Shown here: positions 56,592 to 64,000 of the stretch, piece by piece
Position numbering within the stretch: position 1 is the first letter of the stretch
How the letters are laid out: each line of letters starts with the position of its first letter
Source of the DNA: Abditibacteriota bacterium
Lineage (GTDB): Bacteria > Armatimonadota > UBA5829
NCBI GenBank assembly: GCA_942493375.1
Contig: OW818698.1
Span: 1,190,309-1,254,308 of the forward strand
DNA: 64,000 nt
Direction of reading: 5' to 3'
Made by a program: the position numbers and the translations under genes
The notes under the pieces: generated by a model
The model's database searches: none
The model's input: only the letters and a program-made list of their open reading frames with translations
Told to the model about the DNA's origin: nothing

Positions 56592-56709
56592 CCCCGTTAG
56601 TCCTGAGTAGCCGCAGGCGTATCGAAGGGCGGCTTCGGAGAGACTGTCCCGTTAAAATGTGCACAACTGACCGCCCTTCGATACGCTACGCTACTCAGGA
56701 CTAGCGGGG
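56592..56709. repeat. long inverted repeat (about 40-bp arms)
   Basis: CCCCGTTAGTCCTGAGTAGCCGCAGGCGTATCGAAGGGCGG .. CCGCCCTTCGATACGCTACGCTACTCAGGACTAGCGGGG. Confidence 0.85.
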
Positions 56710-56768
56710 TAAAGTAGCGTCAAGTCTCCAAAAGAAGGGGGTAGTGGGATGTGATTCCACTGCCTTCG

Positions 56769-56797
56769 CTCGGGTGTGATTTGTAATCACACCCGAA
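56769..56797. repeat. family-E hairpin
   Basis: CTCGGGTGTGATT-TGT-AATCACACCCGAA. The 12-bp stem is perfect. Confidence 0.85.
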
Positions 56798-56830
56798 ACA
56801 GAAAGTCATTAAATAAGGCACAAAACCAAT

Positions 56831-56867
56831 CCCGTTAATCCTGTTAATCTTGTTAATCCTGTCAAAA
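56831..56867. repeat. family-D repeat (9-nt tandem words)
   Basis: CCCGTTAAT CCTGTTAAT CTTGTTAAT CCTGTCAAAA, ending 10 nt before the stop of the 56877 gene. Confidence 0.85.
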
Positions 56868-56876
56868 TTCCCTTCC

Positions 56877-59255
56877 CTACTCCCTCGTAATTTTCAGCTT
56901 GAATGTCTGCTGGTATACGGACTGGTCTACTGTGCCATAGACGTCGTCTGAGCCTATGTGGCCTACTATTATTATTTTACCGTCTTTTAGCTGCAGTCCC
57001 TTGGGATAGTAGGCTGTGCCTTTGATATCGAGTCTGTTCCAAGTCCTGCCTTGATCGGCTGTGTAGTACATTCCGTCAGTCCCGCAGTGCAGGATCAGGC
57101 CCTCTTTGGTCGAGATAACTAACGGGTAGCCGCTGTGCGGGAATGGGACCCGTGTTGGCTTATCCATCACAAATGTATCCCCAGTTTTACGAGCGATTGT
57201 CTGCAAACGGTCGCTGTACCAGTAGGAATCCGGGGGAGTCGGTCCCATTCTGCACGCGCCTTCCGGGATATCGGTCATATGATTTGGGTAGTGTTCCACA
57301 CGGTGTATCCACAGAAGATCACCATTGGGGAGTTCGCAGAAATCGCTCTCTTCGCAAACGCCATCTGCAGTCGGCATCAGAACGATCGGTTTGCTCCAGC
57401 TTTTGCCCTTATCTGATGAAACGAACATCATCTTGGTCATATAGTTGATCATCCGGTCAGGGCCATCACCGCGTTTATAACACCCAGCGAACATAACCAG
57501 CCTGCCGTCTTTGAGCGGTCTTATGAGGGTCGGCCAGCACCGGTACTGGTCAACCGGCATGAAATCTACTGGCTTGCTCCAGGTCTTTCCCTTATCTTTC
57601 GACCATGTTGTGTATCCGCTGGCATTCAAATCAGCAACCGGCCAATGAGCGACAACAGTCGTCCAGTCCGGTAAAACAACAGTTCCACGGAAGGAATCAT
57701 CAGATAGCTGATATCCACCATACGATCCTGTCCCTCCACTGCTTCCACTGGAAATCACAGTCCAGGTTTCTCCATTGTCTTTGGATTCCAGCTTTGGAGA
57801 TGATGACACTGGATTGCTTGTAGGGCCGGTTATCTGCCGGAAATCACAGCGCAAGGAGCCATCCGGAAGCTGTATGAGACCTACCCAGGAGGTATATCCG
57901 GGTGTTTCTGGTGAATGGTAGATAACCTTGTCTGAATAATCAGTGACTTCCACTTTGGTTATTCTGCCGGGCATTCTGGCGGTATCACTCATGATCTTTT
58001 GAATCTCTGCTTTATTTGGGTTGTTGTCTATATAGTCAGCTTCCCAGAACAGTATCTGCTTTGCTCCAAGCTTGTGCGCAAGTGTGACATTCTCCTGGAA
58101 AGAAGCATTGTCAGTCGGCACCCAGCCATACAGCCAGACATCAACTTTATCACCAACCAGTTTCTTGAGATAGTTGTAAGCAAGTTCAGGAGTTCCTCCG
58201 CTGTTTGGGTAGTAATAACCAGCTGGAGCAGCAGCATCTATGAGACCATCTTTAGCCCAGGTTTCTACGTCAAGTAGCAGACCCTGCAGGTTGTCTGCAT
58301 ACTTCGGGTTATCACCACGATAACTCCAGGGATGCTGCACCAATACTGCGACAGGCAGCTTGGTCTTCTTTGAGTTTGTAAGCTTGCGGACCATTTTCAT
58401 GAACTCGGTCTGCGGCTCTGCCCGGTACTGCACCCAGCGCATATCGTTATTGGGAATATCGTGAGGGTCGATCTTGTATTTGGCTTTAAAGCCTTTCACA
58501 AGGATGTCTTCATAGCCATAATCAGCCACCCCACCCGCGTCTACTTGAGGATCCCTTACATCACCTGTCCTTATCCAGTCGATGAACACTCCATCTACTT
58601 TGTACTTATCCAGGACTTCCTTTATGATCGCCAGCTTATATTTACGGACTTCGGGATAGGCGAAACTGAGTTGGGTGTGATAGAATCCGCCATCTCGCCT
58701 CTTCCAGCGTTGTTCCGGATGAGCAAGAGTATATCTGCTGGGCCAACCCCAGGCGTGGTCATCTTCATTTATGCTAAACCACGCATGGACTTCTATTCCT
58801 ATCTCATGCCCGTACCTTACAGCCTCTCCCAAAGAATCGATTGTCCCGTAATGGAACAGGTCTTTTATCTTCTGCAGGATTGCATCATTTTTCTGCGCAC
58901 CTACTTTGCCGATTTCTTCAGGTTTGGGATTGAAATAAGACTCACCATGTGGAGACCCCATAGGATCCATAAGGTTGCTTGGATAGAGAGACCTACCGGC
59001 ATCGAGGCAGCGCCAGTATATCTTCGACCATCCGGCAGCCTTGCACATGTCCAGCATATGGCGGACGCCAGCAAGCCCGTCGTCCAGTCCGGGGACGTTG
59101 TCCTTCAATACCCAGTCTGAATGAGTAAGAGGAGAACTTAGTATAAGTTTTTGCTTACTATCCTGCGCAGATGATTCCGCCCAGCACGAGCAGCATGTTG
59201 CTAATGCAGCGATGCATAAGGCTGCAAAGATCAGGATTTGATCAGTTAGTTGCAT
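56877..59255 (-). CDS. secreted fusion protein: GHL10-like glycoside-hydrolase-like domain plus BNR/sialidase-like beta-propeller, paralog A
   Basis: Signal peptide. The N-terminal half has a GHL10-like pattern (..IGIEVHAWFSINEDDHAWGW..). The C-terminal half has four Asp-boxes (SKDNGETW, SKDKGKTW, SSDKGKSW, TADQGRTW). Confidence 0.8.
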   Translation of the reverse strand: MQLTDQILIFAALCIAALATCCSCWAESSAQDSKQKLILSSPLTHSDWVLKDNVPGLDDGLAGVRHMLDMCKAAGWSKIYWRCLDAGRSLYPSNLMDPMGSPHGESYFNPKPEEIGKVGAQKNDAILQKIKDLFHYGTIDSLGEAVRYGHEIGIEVHAWFSINEDDHAWGWPSRYTLAHPEQRWKRRDGGFYHTQLSFAYPEVRKYKLAIIKEVLDKYKVDGVFIDWIRTGDVRDPQVDAGGVADYGYEDILVKGFKAKYKIDPHDIPNNDMRWVQYRAEPQTEFMKMVRKLTNSKKTKLPVAVLVQHPWSYRGDNPKYADNLQGLLLDVETWAKDGLIDAAAPAGYYYPNSGGTPELAYNYLKKLVGDKVDVWLYGWVPTDNASFQENVTLAHKLGAKQILFWEADYIDNNPNKAEIQKIMSDTARMPGRITKVEVTDYSDKVIYHSPETPGYTSWVGLIQLPDGSLRCDFRQITGPTSNPVSSSPKLESKDNGETWTVISSGSSGGTGSYGGYQLSDDSFRGTVVLPDWTTVVAHWPVADLNASGYTTWSKDKGKTWSKPVDFMPVDQYRCWPTLIRPLKDGRLVMFAGCYKRGDGPDRMINYMTKMMFVSSDKGKSWSKPIVLMPTADGVCEESDFCELPNGDLLWIHRVEHYPNHMTDIPEGACRMGPTPPDSYWYSDRLQTIARKTGDTFVMDKPTRVPFPHSGYPLVISTKEGLILHCGTDGMYYTADQGRTWNRLDIKGTAYYPKGLQLKDGKIIIVGHIGSDDVYGTVDQSVYQQTFKLKITRE

Positions 59256-59302
59256 TGCTATATGTTTCCCCCACTAATCAATTAGAATATGGATCAGTTA
59301 TT

Positions 59303-59333
59303 AACCGCGAAATTCGCTAAAGAACGCGAAAAA
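59303..59333. repeat. family-F short repeat
   Basis: AACCGCGAAATTCGCTAAAGAACGCGAAAAA. See 27554-27583. Confidence 0.7.
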
Positions 59334-59358
59334 TAGGTTTGCGCGAACAAGCCCACGT

Positions 59359-59465
59359 TTGTCATTCTGAGGAACGAAGAATCTGCTTTTACTACTGGTC
59401 ACTATTTACCAACAGCAGATTCTTCGTTCCTCAGAATGACACTACTTCACTGCGTTCAGAATGAC
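59359..59465. repeat. family-A palindromic element plus extra half-arm
   Basis: TGTCATTCTGAGGAACGAAGAATCTGC .. GCAGATTCTTCGTTCCTCAGAATGACA (59359-59441), then the solitary half-arm CTTCACTGCGTTCAGAATGAC (59445-59465), which ends 2 nt before the stop of the upstream gene. Confidence 0.9.
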
Positions 59466-59467
59466 GA

Positions 59468-61861
59468 TTATTCTCTTGTGATTTTTAGTTTGAATGTCTG
59501 TTGGAATACTGATTGGTCTACGGTTCCGTAGACATCATCAGAGCCGATGTGACCTATTATGATTATTTTGCCATCTTTCAACTGCAGGCCCTTCGGATAG
59601 TAAGCTGTGCCTTTGACATCGAGTCTGTTCCAGGTCTTGCCCTGATCTGCTGTATAGTATATGCCATCAGTTGCGCAGTGCAGGATCAGACCTTCTTTGG
59701 TTGTGATTATCAACGGATAACCACTGTGCGGGAAGGGAACAGACGTCGGCTTTTCCATTGTAAACGTTTCCCCGGTCTTACGGGCTATGATCTGAAGACG
59801 ATCACTGTACCAGTACGAATAAGGGGGAGAGGAACCCATTCTAGCTCCACCGGGAGGAACTCCTGTATCGTGATCCGGGTAGTGTTCCACTCGGTGTATC
59901 CATAACAGGTCTCCATTTGGAAGTTCGCTGAAATCACTCTCTTCACAGACACCATCTGCAGTAGGCATCAGGACGATCGGTTTGCTCCAGCTCTTTCCCT
60001 TGTCTGAAGAGATGAACATCATCTTGGTCATGTAGTTGATCATCCGCTCAGGGCCATCACCACGCTTATAACACCCCGCAAACAGCACCAGTCTGCCGTC
60101 ACGAAGTCGCCTGATAAGCGTTGGCCAGCATCTGTATTCTGCAGCCGGCATAAAATATACGGGCTTGCTCCAGGTCTTGCCTTTATCAGTTGACCAGGTG
60201 GTGTATCCAGTGGCGCTTAGATCATCCGATGGCCAGTGCGCGACGACCATTGTCCAGTCTGGAAGGACAACTGTTCCGCGCAGGGAGTCAGTGGACATCT
60301 GAAATATCCCTCCGGACCCGGTGCCTACACTGCTGCCTTCGCTTATCACACTCCAAGTTTCGCCATTGTCTTTAGATTCCAGCTTTGGAGATGATGACAC
60401 CGGATTGTCCTTTGGTCCTGTCAACTGCCTGAAATCGCACCGCAGAGCGCCATTCGGAAGCCGAAGCATACCTACCCAGGATGTATATCCAGGGGTTTCC
60501 GGTGAATGGTAGATTACCTTGTCCTTGTAGTCTACAACTTCAACTTTTGTTATCTTGCCACGGGTGGCTTTAGTCGTTGATCCGGAATTCTTACCGGGCA
60601 TTTTGGCATACTCCGTCATCAGGTTCTGTAGCTCCATCTTGTTCGCGCGATCATCGATATAGTCAGCTTCCCAAAAGAGTATCTGCTTTGCACCGACTTT
60701 GCGTGCTATATTCACATTATCCAGGAATGAAGTACTGTCAGTCGGCACCCAGCCATACAGCCAGACATCTACTTTACCGCCGGTCTCCTCTTTGAGGCTC
60801 TTGTATGCTAGTTCAGGGGTTCCACCATCTCGATAGTATCCCGCAGCTACAGCACTGTCGATCAGTTTTTCATTCGCCCAGGTGGTCACATCCAGAAGCA
60901 TTCCGCGTCGGTTGCCGTCTATCTTGCCATTATTTCCACGATATAGCCAGCGATGTGCAACCATAACTGCCAAAAGCAGATTCTTGTTTCGAGAAGCCAT
61001 CATTTTTCGCACATCACGCATAAACACAGTAGTCGGTGTTGTGCGGTACATTACCCAGCGGGGATCGGAGTTGGGAATGCTGTGTGGATCTATCCCATAT
61101 TTGGCGATGAATCCGTCCAGCAGGGGTTTTTCATATCCGTAGTCGGCGACGGCTTCTGGGTCGGTCTGGGGGTTATCGCGGACATCACCGGTGCGTATCC
61201 AGTCCAGAAAGACTCCGTCTACTGCATAATTATCGAGGACTTCTTTGATAATCGCCAGCTTGTGAGTTCTGACTTCCGGAAATGCGAAGCTGAGCTGTGA
61301 ATTATAACTTTTACCATTTCTTCTGACCCACATCATCTCAGGATGAGCCTTGGCAAACCTGCTCTGCCAGCCCCATCCATGGTCATCTTCATTTATACTG
61401 AACCATGCATGGACCTGAATGCCTATCTTGTGTCCATATTTGACTGCTTCACCTAGGCTGTCGAGTTTATCGTAGTGATATCTGGCTTTCATTTTCGTCA
61501 GTACAGTTGCGTTTACATAATCCTTAGGATCATCAGGTGCAGGATTGAATATATTGTATTGTTCAGGATCACCCATAGGATCTCTGAGTTTGCTGTGGTA
61601 GAGTGTCCGACCGCTGTCCAGTGCACGCCAGTATATGCGTGACCAGCCTGCTGCTTTGCACATATCCAGCATATGGTGGATACCTTCTACATCCGTATCC
61701 ACAAAGTCTTTCAAGACCCAGTCTGAGTGGGTAAGTGGTGAGTTGAGAATGAGTTCCGGTTTGCCATCCGGAGCAGCGGCTTCAACTCGACATATGCAGC
61801 AGCTTATCAAAGCAACAATAAGCAGTGCCGTAAGTGTCAGAATGTGCTGGGTGTATTGCAT
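59468..61861 (-). CDS. GHL10-like plus BNR/sialidase-like fusion protein, paralog B
   Basis: Collinear with 56877-59255, with the same four Asp-boxes. It has a short linker insertion (KNSGSTTKATRG) between the two halves. Confidence 0.8.
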   Translation of the reverse strand: MQYTQHILTLTALLIVALISCCICRVEAAAPDGKPELILNSPLTHSDWVLKDFVDTDVEGIHHMLDMCKAAGWSRIYWRALDSGRTLYHSKLRDPMGDPEQYNIFNPAPDDPKDYVNATVLTKMKARYHYDKLDSLGEAVKYGHKIGIQVHAWFSINEDDHGWGWQSRFAKAHPEMMWVRRNGKSYNSQLSFAFPEVRTHKLAIIKEVLDNYAVDGVFLDWIRTGDVRDNPQTDPEAVADYGYEKPLLDGFIAKYGIDPHSIPNSDPRWVMYRTTPTTVFMRDVRKMMASRNKNLLLAVMVAHRWLYRGNNGKIDGNRRGMLLDVTTWANEKLIDSAVAAGYYRDGGTPELAYKSLKEETGGKVDVWLYGWVPTDSTSFLDNVNIARKVGAKQILFWEADYIDDRANKMELQNLMTEYAKMPGKNSGSTTKATRGKITKVEVVDYKDKVIYHSPETPGYTSWVGMLRLPNGALRCDFRQLTGPKDNPVSSSPKLESKDNGETWSVISEGSSVGTGSGGIFQMSTDSLRGTVVLPDWTMVVAHWPSDDLSATGYTTWSTDKGKTWSKPVYFMPAAEYRCWPTLIRRLRDGRLVLFAGCYKRGDGPERMINYMTKMMFISSDKGKSWSKPIVLMPTADGVCEESDFSELPNGDLLWIHRVEHYPDHDTGVPPGGARMGSSPPYSYWYSDRLQIIARKTGETFTMEKPTSVPFPHSGYPLIITTKEGLILHCATDGIYYTADQGKTWNRLDVKGTAYYPKGLQLKDGKIIIIGHIGSDDVYGTVDQSVFQQTFKLKITRE

Positions 61862-61905
61862 TGTTTTATGTTTCCTCCACTCGTAAAATATAATAGCAAC
61901 GTCAC

Positions 61906-61975
61906 TGTCATCCTGAGGAACGAAGGATCTGCTGTTCTATCCGAAAAAGCAGATCCTTCGTTCCTCAGGATGACA
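61906..61975. repeat. family-A palindromic element
   Basis: TGTCATCCTGAGGAACGAAGGATCTGCTG-loop-AAAAAGCAGATCCTTCGTTCCTCAGGATGACA. It lies in the divergent region between paralog B and the LacI gene. Confidence 0.9.
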
Positions 61976-62016
61976 GTTCTCACACATTAATGCATAAACA
62001 GGTGTGCCAAACCTGT

Positions 62017-62028
62017 TGACGCGCGTCA
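62017..62028. promoter_or_regulatory. perfect 12-bp palindrome TGACGCGCGTCA (candidate LacI-family operator)
   Basis: It lies about 155 nt upstream of the start of paralog B. A near-identical site lies at 62161-62172. Confidence 0.45.
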
Positions 62029-62125
62029 GTGGTTATTATGCTGGTATTATGCACGACTGCGGCGATATTGTAAAGTGTTTTATGATAGTGAATGCAAAAT
62101 AGTGAAAAAAGTTTCCTGAAACCAC

Positions 62126-62172
62126 TTGACATTGGAGTTATTATGTACATATACTTCTAGTGACGCGAGTCA
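62126..62172 (+). promoter_or_regulatory. candidate promoter (TTGACA-18 nt-TATACT) followed by palindrome TGACGCGAGTCA
   Basis: -35 at 62126-62131, -10 at 62150-62155, and the palindrome at 62161-62172, about 40 nt before the TTG start of the LacI gene. Confidence 0.5.
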
Positions 62173-62211
62173 ATATTATTTATAGATATAAACTAGACAC
62201 AGAGGACTATT

Positions 62212-63192
62212 TTGAAACCTACACGTCAACACGTAGCTGAGCGAGCCGGTGTGTCAACTACAACGGTATCGTATGTTATGAATGGACGCAGTGATGTCTC
62301 CATCCCCAAACATACGCGTATGAAGGTGATGAAGGCTGCGAATGACCTGGGGTACCGTCCCAGCCGGACTGCTCAGGCACTGGTGACAGGAATGAGCCAC
62401 GTAATTGCACTCTGGCTGCCTCTGTTGAATTCAACATACTTCTCTGAAATCACCCATCTTATGCACGAGCGAATGGCTGCAGATGAGTATGACCTGGTAG
62501 TTACCGAATATGTTCACCAAAGACCACATATTGGCGGAATGCTCGGTGATATCGCTGATGGGCTGATGACGTGGGGACGGCCGACGTGGTCCGATCATTC
62601 TGCGGAACTGTTTACCCGGTTTTCATCACGTATTGTTTCATTCGGAATCGTACCTATCGACGATGTGCACTGTGTTTGGATTGACCTCGGTCCTGCATCA
62701 CGGGAGGCAGTTCAGTCATTAGTAGAGGATGGGCGTAAACGTATAGCATTCTTCACTACTGCACTGAACAGCGAACTGCAGGAAATCCGCAACTCCAGTT
62801 ACCGAAATGTATTAGCGGAAGCAGGACTACCAGCCAGGCTGGAAGACTTCGAGTTTCGGACCCGTCGAGATGCCTATGAAGCAGCTAAGGCGATCCTGGT
62901 GCCGGACAACCGCCCTGACGCCATGTTCTGCACCAATGATGAGTTGGCAATTACTACCCTCAGAGCAGCACGTGACATAGGATTAAGTGTGCCGGAGGAT
63001 TTGGCGATTATCGGCTGCGACGGTATTGAGGATGCACTTTACCAGGAAAGATCCATTAGTACAATCATCCAGCCGGTAGAGAGAATGTGCGATTTGGCCT
63101 GGAGTCTAATGAAAAAGCGGTTAGAAGATCCCAATGGGCCGGTTGAACAAATGAAACTGCAGGCTCAGTTCGTAAGAAGGCAATCATCTTAG
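62212..63192 (+). CDS. LacI-family transcriptional regulator
   Basis: TTG start with a GAGGA RBS. N-terminal HTH motif HVAERAGVSTTTVSYVMNG and a periplasmic-binding-protein-like effector domain. Confidence 0.9.
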   Translation: MKPTRQHVAERAGVSTTTVSYVMNGRSDVSIPKHTRMKVMKAANDLGYRPSRTAQALVTGMSHVIALWLPLLNSTYFSEITHLMHERMAADEYDLVVTEYVHQRPHIGGMLGDIADGLMTWGRPTWSDHSAELFTRFSSRIVSFGIVPIDDVHCVWIDLGPASREAVQSLVEDGRKRIAFFTTALNSELQEIRNSSYRNVLAEAGLPARLEDFEFRTRRDAYEAAKAILVPDNRPDAMFCTNDELAITTLRAARDIGLSVPEDLAIIGCDGIEDALYQERSISTIIQPVERMCDLAWSLMKKRLEDPNGPVEQMKLQAQFVRRQSS

Positions 63193-63226
63193 TCTGACAA
63201 TTTACGATTAACAAAAGGAGAACAAT

Positions 63227-63889
63227 ATGAAAGAAAACACTACAATATGCAAAAAAGGATTTACTTTAATAGAATTACTTGTTGTTATAGCTATTATTGC
63301 TATACTTGCGGCAATACTTTTCCCTGTTTTTGCCAAAGCTAGAGCTAAAGCCAGACAGGCAACCTGTGTCAACAACGAGAAACAGATTGCACTTGCAGTT
63401 ATGCAATACGTCCAGGACTATGATGAGACTTATCCTCCTGGCGCCATAGGACCTCCCTGGGTGACTGCTTTTGCTACATGGATGATGTGGGGCGGTGGAC
63501 CATCAAATACAGTCATAGACTCTTACATCAAGAATGGAAATGTATGGTACTGTCCGGATGCTCGGAAAGCACCCTGGTGGACGAACTCATATCCTCAGCC
63601 GACTTACTGTGGTTCCTACGGTTATAACTACATCTATATGGATAGCAAGTCACTGGCGACCATCGCTTCTCCAGCAACCACAGTGATGGGCGTTGAGAAC
63701 GTTCCTACGTGTGACAGATGCCCTCCTCCGTCAGCTGGATTCCTTGATCCTGCTGCTGGTGGAGCAGAATGGCGTCATAATGACGGGATGAACGTTATGT
63801 GGGCTGATGGCCATATAAAGTGGGTCAAAAGCGGTGAAGCAAACTTATGCGCAGTAAACGACCGTGCATGGAACGGTGGCGGATTCTAA
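63227..63889 (+). CDS. prepilin-type N-terminal cleavage/methylation protein with H-X9-DG (DUF1559) domain
   Basis: AAGGAG RBS. N-terminus [26 protein letters not shown] and C-terminal motif [16 protein letters not shown]. Confidence 0.9.
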   Translation: MKENTTICKKGFTLIELLVVIAIIAILAAILFPVFAKARAKARQATCVNNEKQIALAVMQYVQDYDETYPPGAIGPPWVTAFATWMMWGGGPSNTVIDSYIKNGNVWYCPDARKAPWWTNSYPQPTYCGSYGYNYIYMDSKSLATIASPATTVMGVENVPTCDRCPPPSAGFLDPAAGGAEWRHNDGMNVMWADGHIKWVKSGEANLCAVNDRAWNGGGF

Positions 63890-63975
63890 TCTGGATTCTT
63901 GACGCATAGAATATTAGATGGGCGGGGACTTAATATCTCTGCCCATCACGATAACAGTTCAGAGTTGCGGAACAT

Positions 63976-64000
63976 TGTCATCCTGAGGAACGAAGGATGA
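63976..64000. repeat. family-A element, left arm (cut by window end)
   Basis: TGTCATCCTGAGGAACGAAGGATGA at the window edge. Confidence 0.7.

Noticed and set aside
21019-64000. Possible CRISPR array formed by the recurring roughly 27-nt family-A sequence
   Set aside because: The copies occur as inverted pairs with 9-30-nt loops, scattered kilobases apart in separate intergenic regions. They are not direct repeats with regular 30-40-nt spacers, and no cas genes are present.
1-64000. tRNA, rRNA, tmRNA or known riboswitch genes
   Set aside because: Reading through all spacers longer than 100 nt showed no cloverleaf-like T-arm (GTTCRANYC) contexts or rRNA-like sequence. The structured spacers are all explained by the repeat families. 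A proper tRNAscan/Infernal run is still needed.

Overview
Bacterial chromosomal window of about 45 protein genes, about 90% coding by eye, with no rRNA, tRNA, CRISPR array, integrase or transposase found. It is mainly a glycan-utilisation neighbourhood. It holds many large secreted glycoside-hydrolase-like proteins: GH4-like, GH106-like, a right-handed beta-helix protein, three distant GH42-like proteins with a CxCxxC cluster, and two tandem GHL10-plus-BNR/sialidase fusion paralogs. It also holds two sugar ABC systems (CUT1-type without an ATPase gene, CUT2/Rbs-type complete), two Gfo/Idh/MocA oxidoreductases, a sugar-phosphate isomerase/epimerase, a LacI regulator, a thioester-less alpha-2-macroglobulin and a prepilin-type H-X9-DG protein. 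That last family hints at a Planctomycetota, Verrucomicrobiota or Armatimonadota-like organism (inference only). Two small accessory patches stand out. At 27.8-30.3 kb there is an immunity-like ORF, an H-X9-DG domain on a polytopic membrane anchor, a HigB/Gp49-like toxin killed by an in-frame TGA next to an intact HTH antitoxin, a gene fragment, and a recurring junction motif. At 46.3-48.2 kb there is a mosaic tandem triplication of a small two-TM protein, downstream of a TPR/SEC-C protein. Nearly every intergenic gap carries short palindromic or tandem repeats from at least seven families, several of which show compensatory (structure-preserving) variation. I could not identify a known defence or mobile system. 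The best candidates for novelty are the triplicated membrane-protein array, the cassette-like islet and the structured repeat families.
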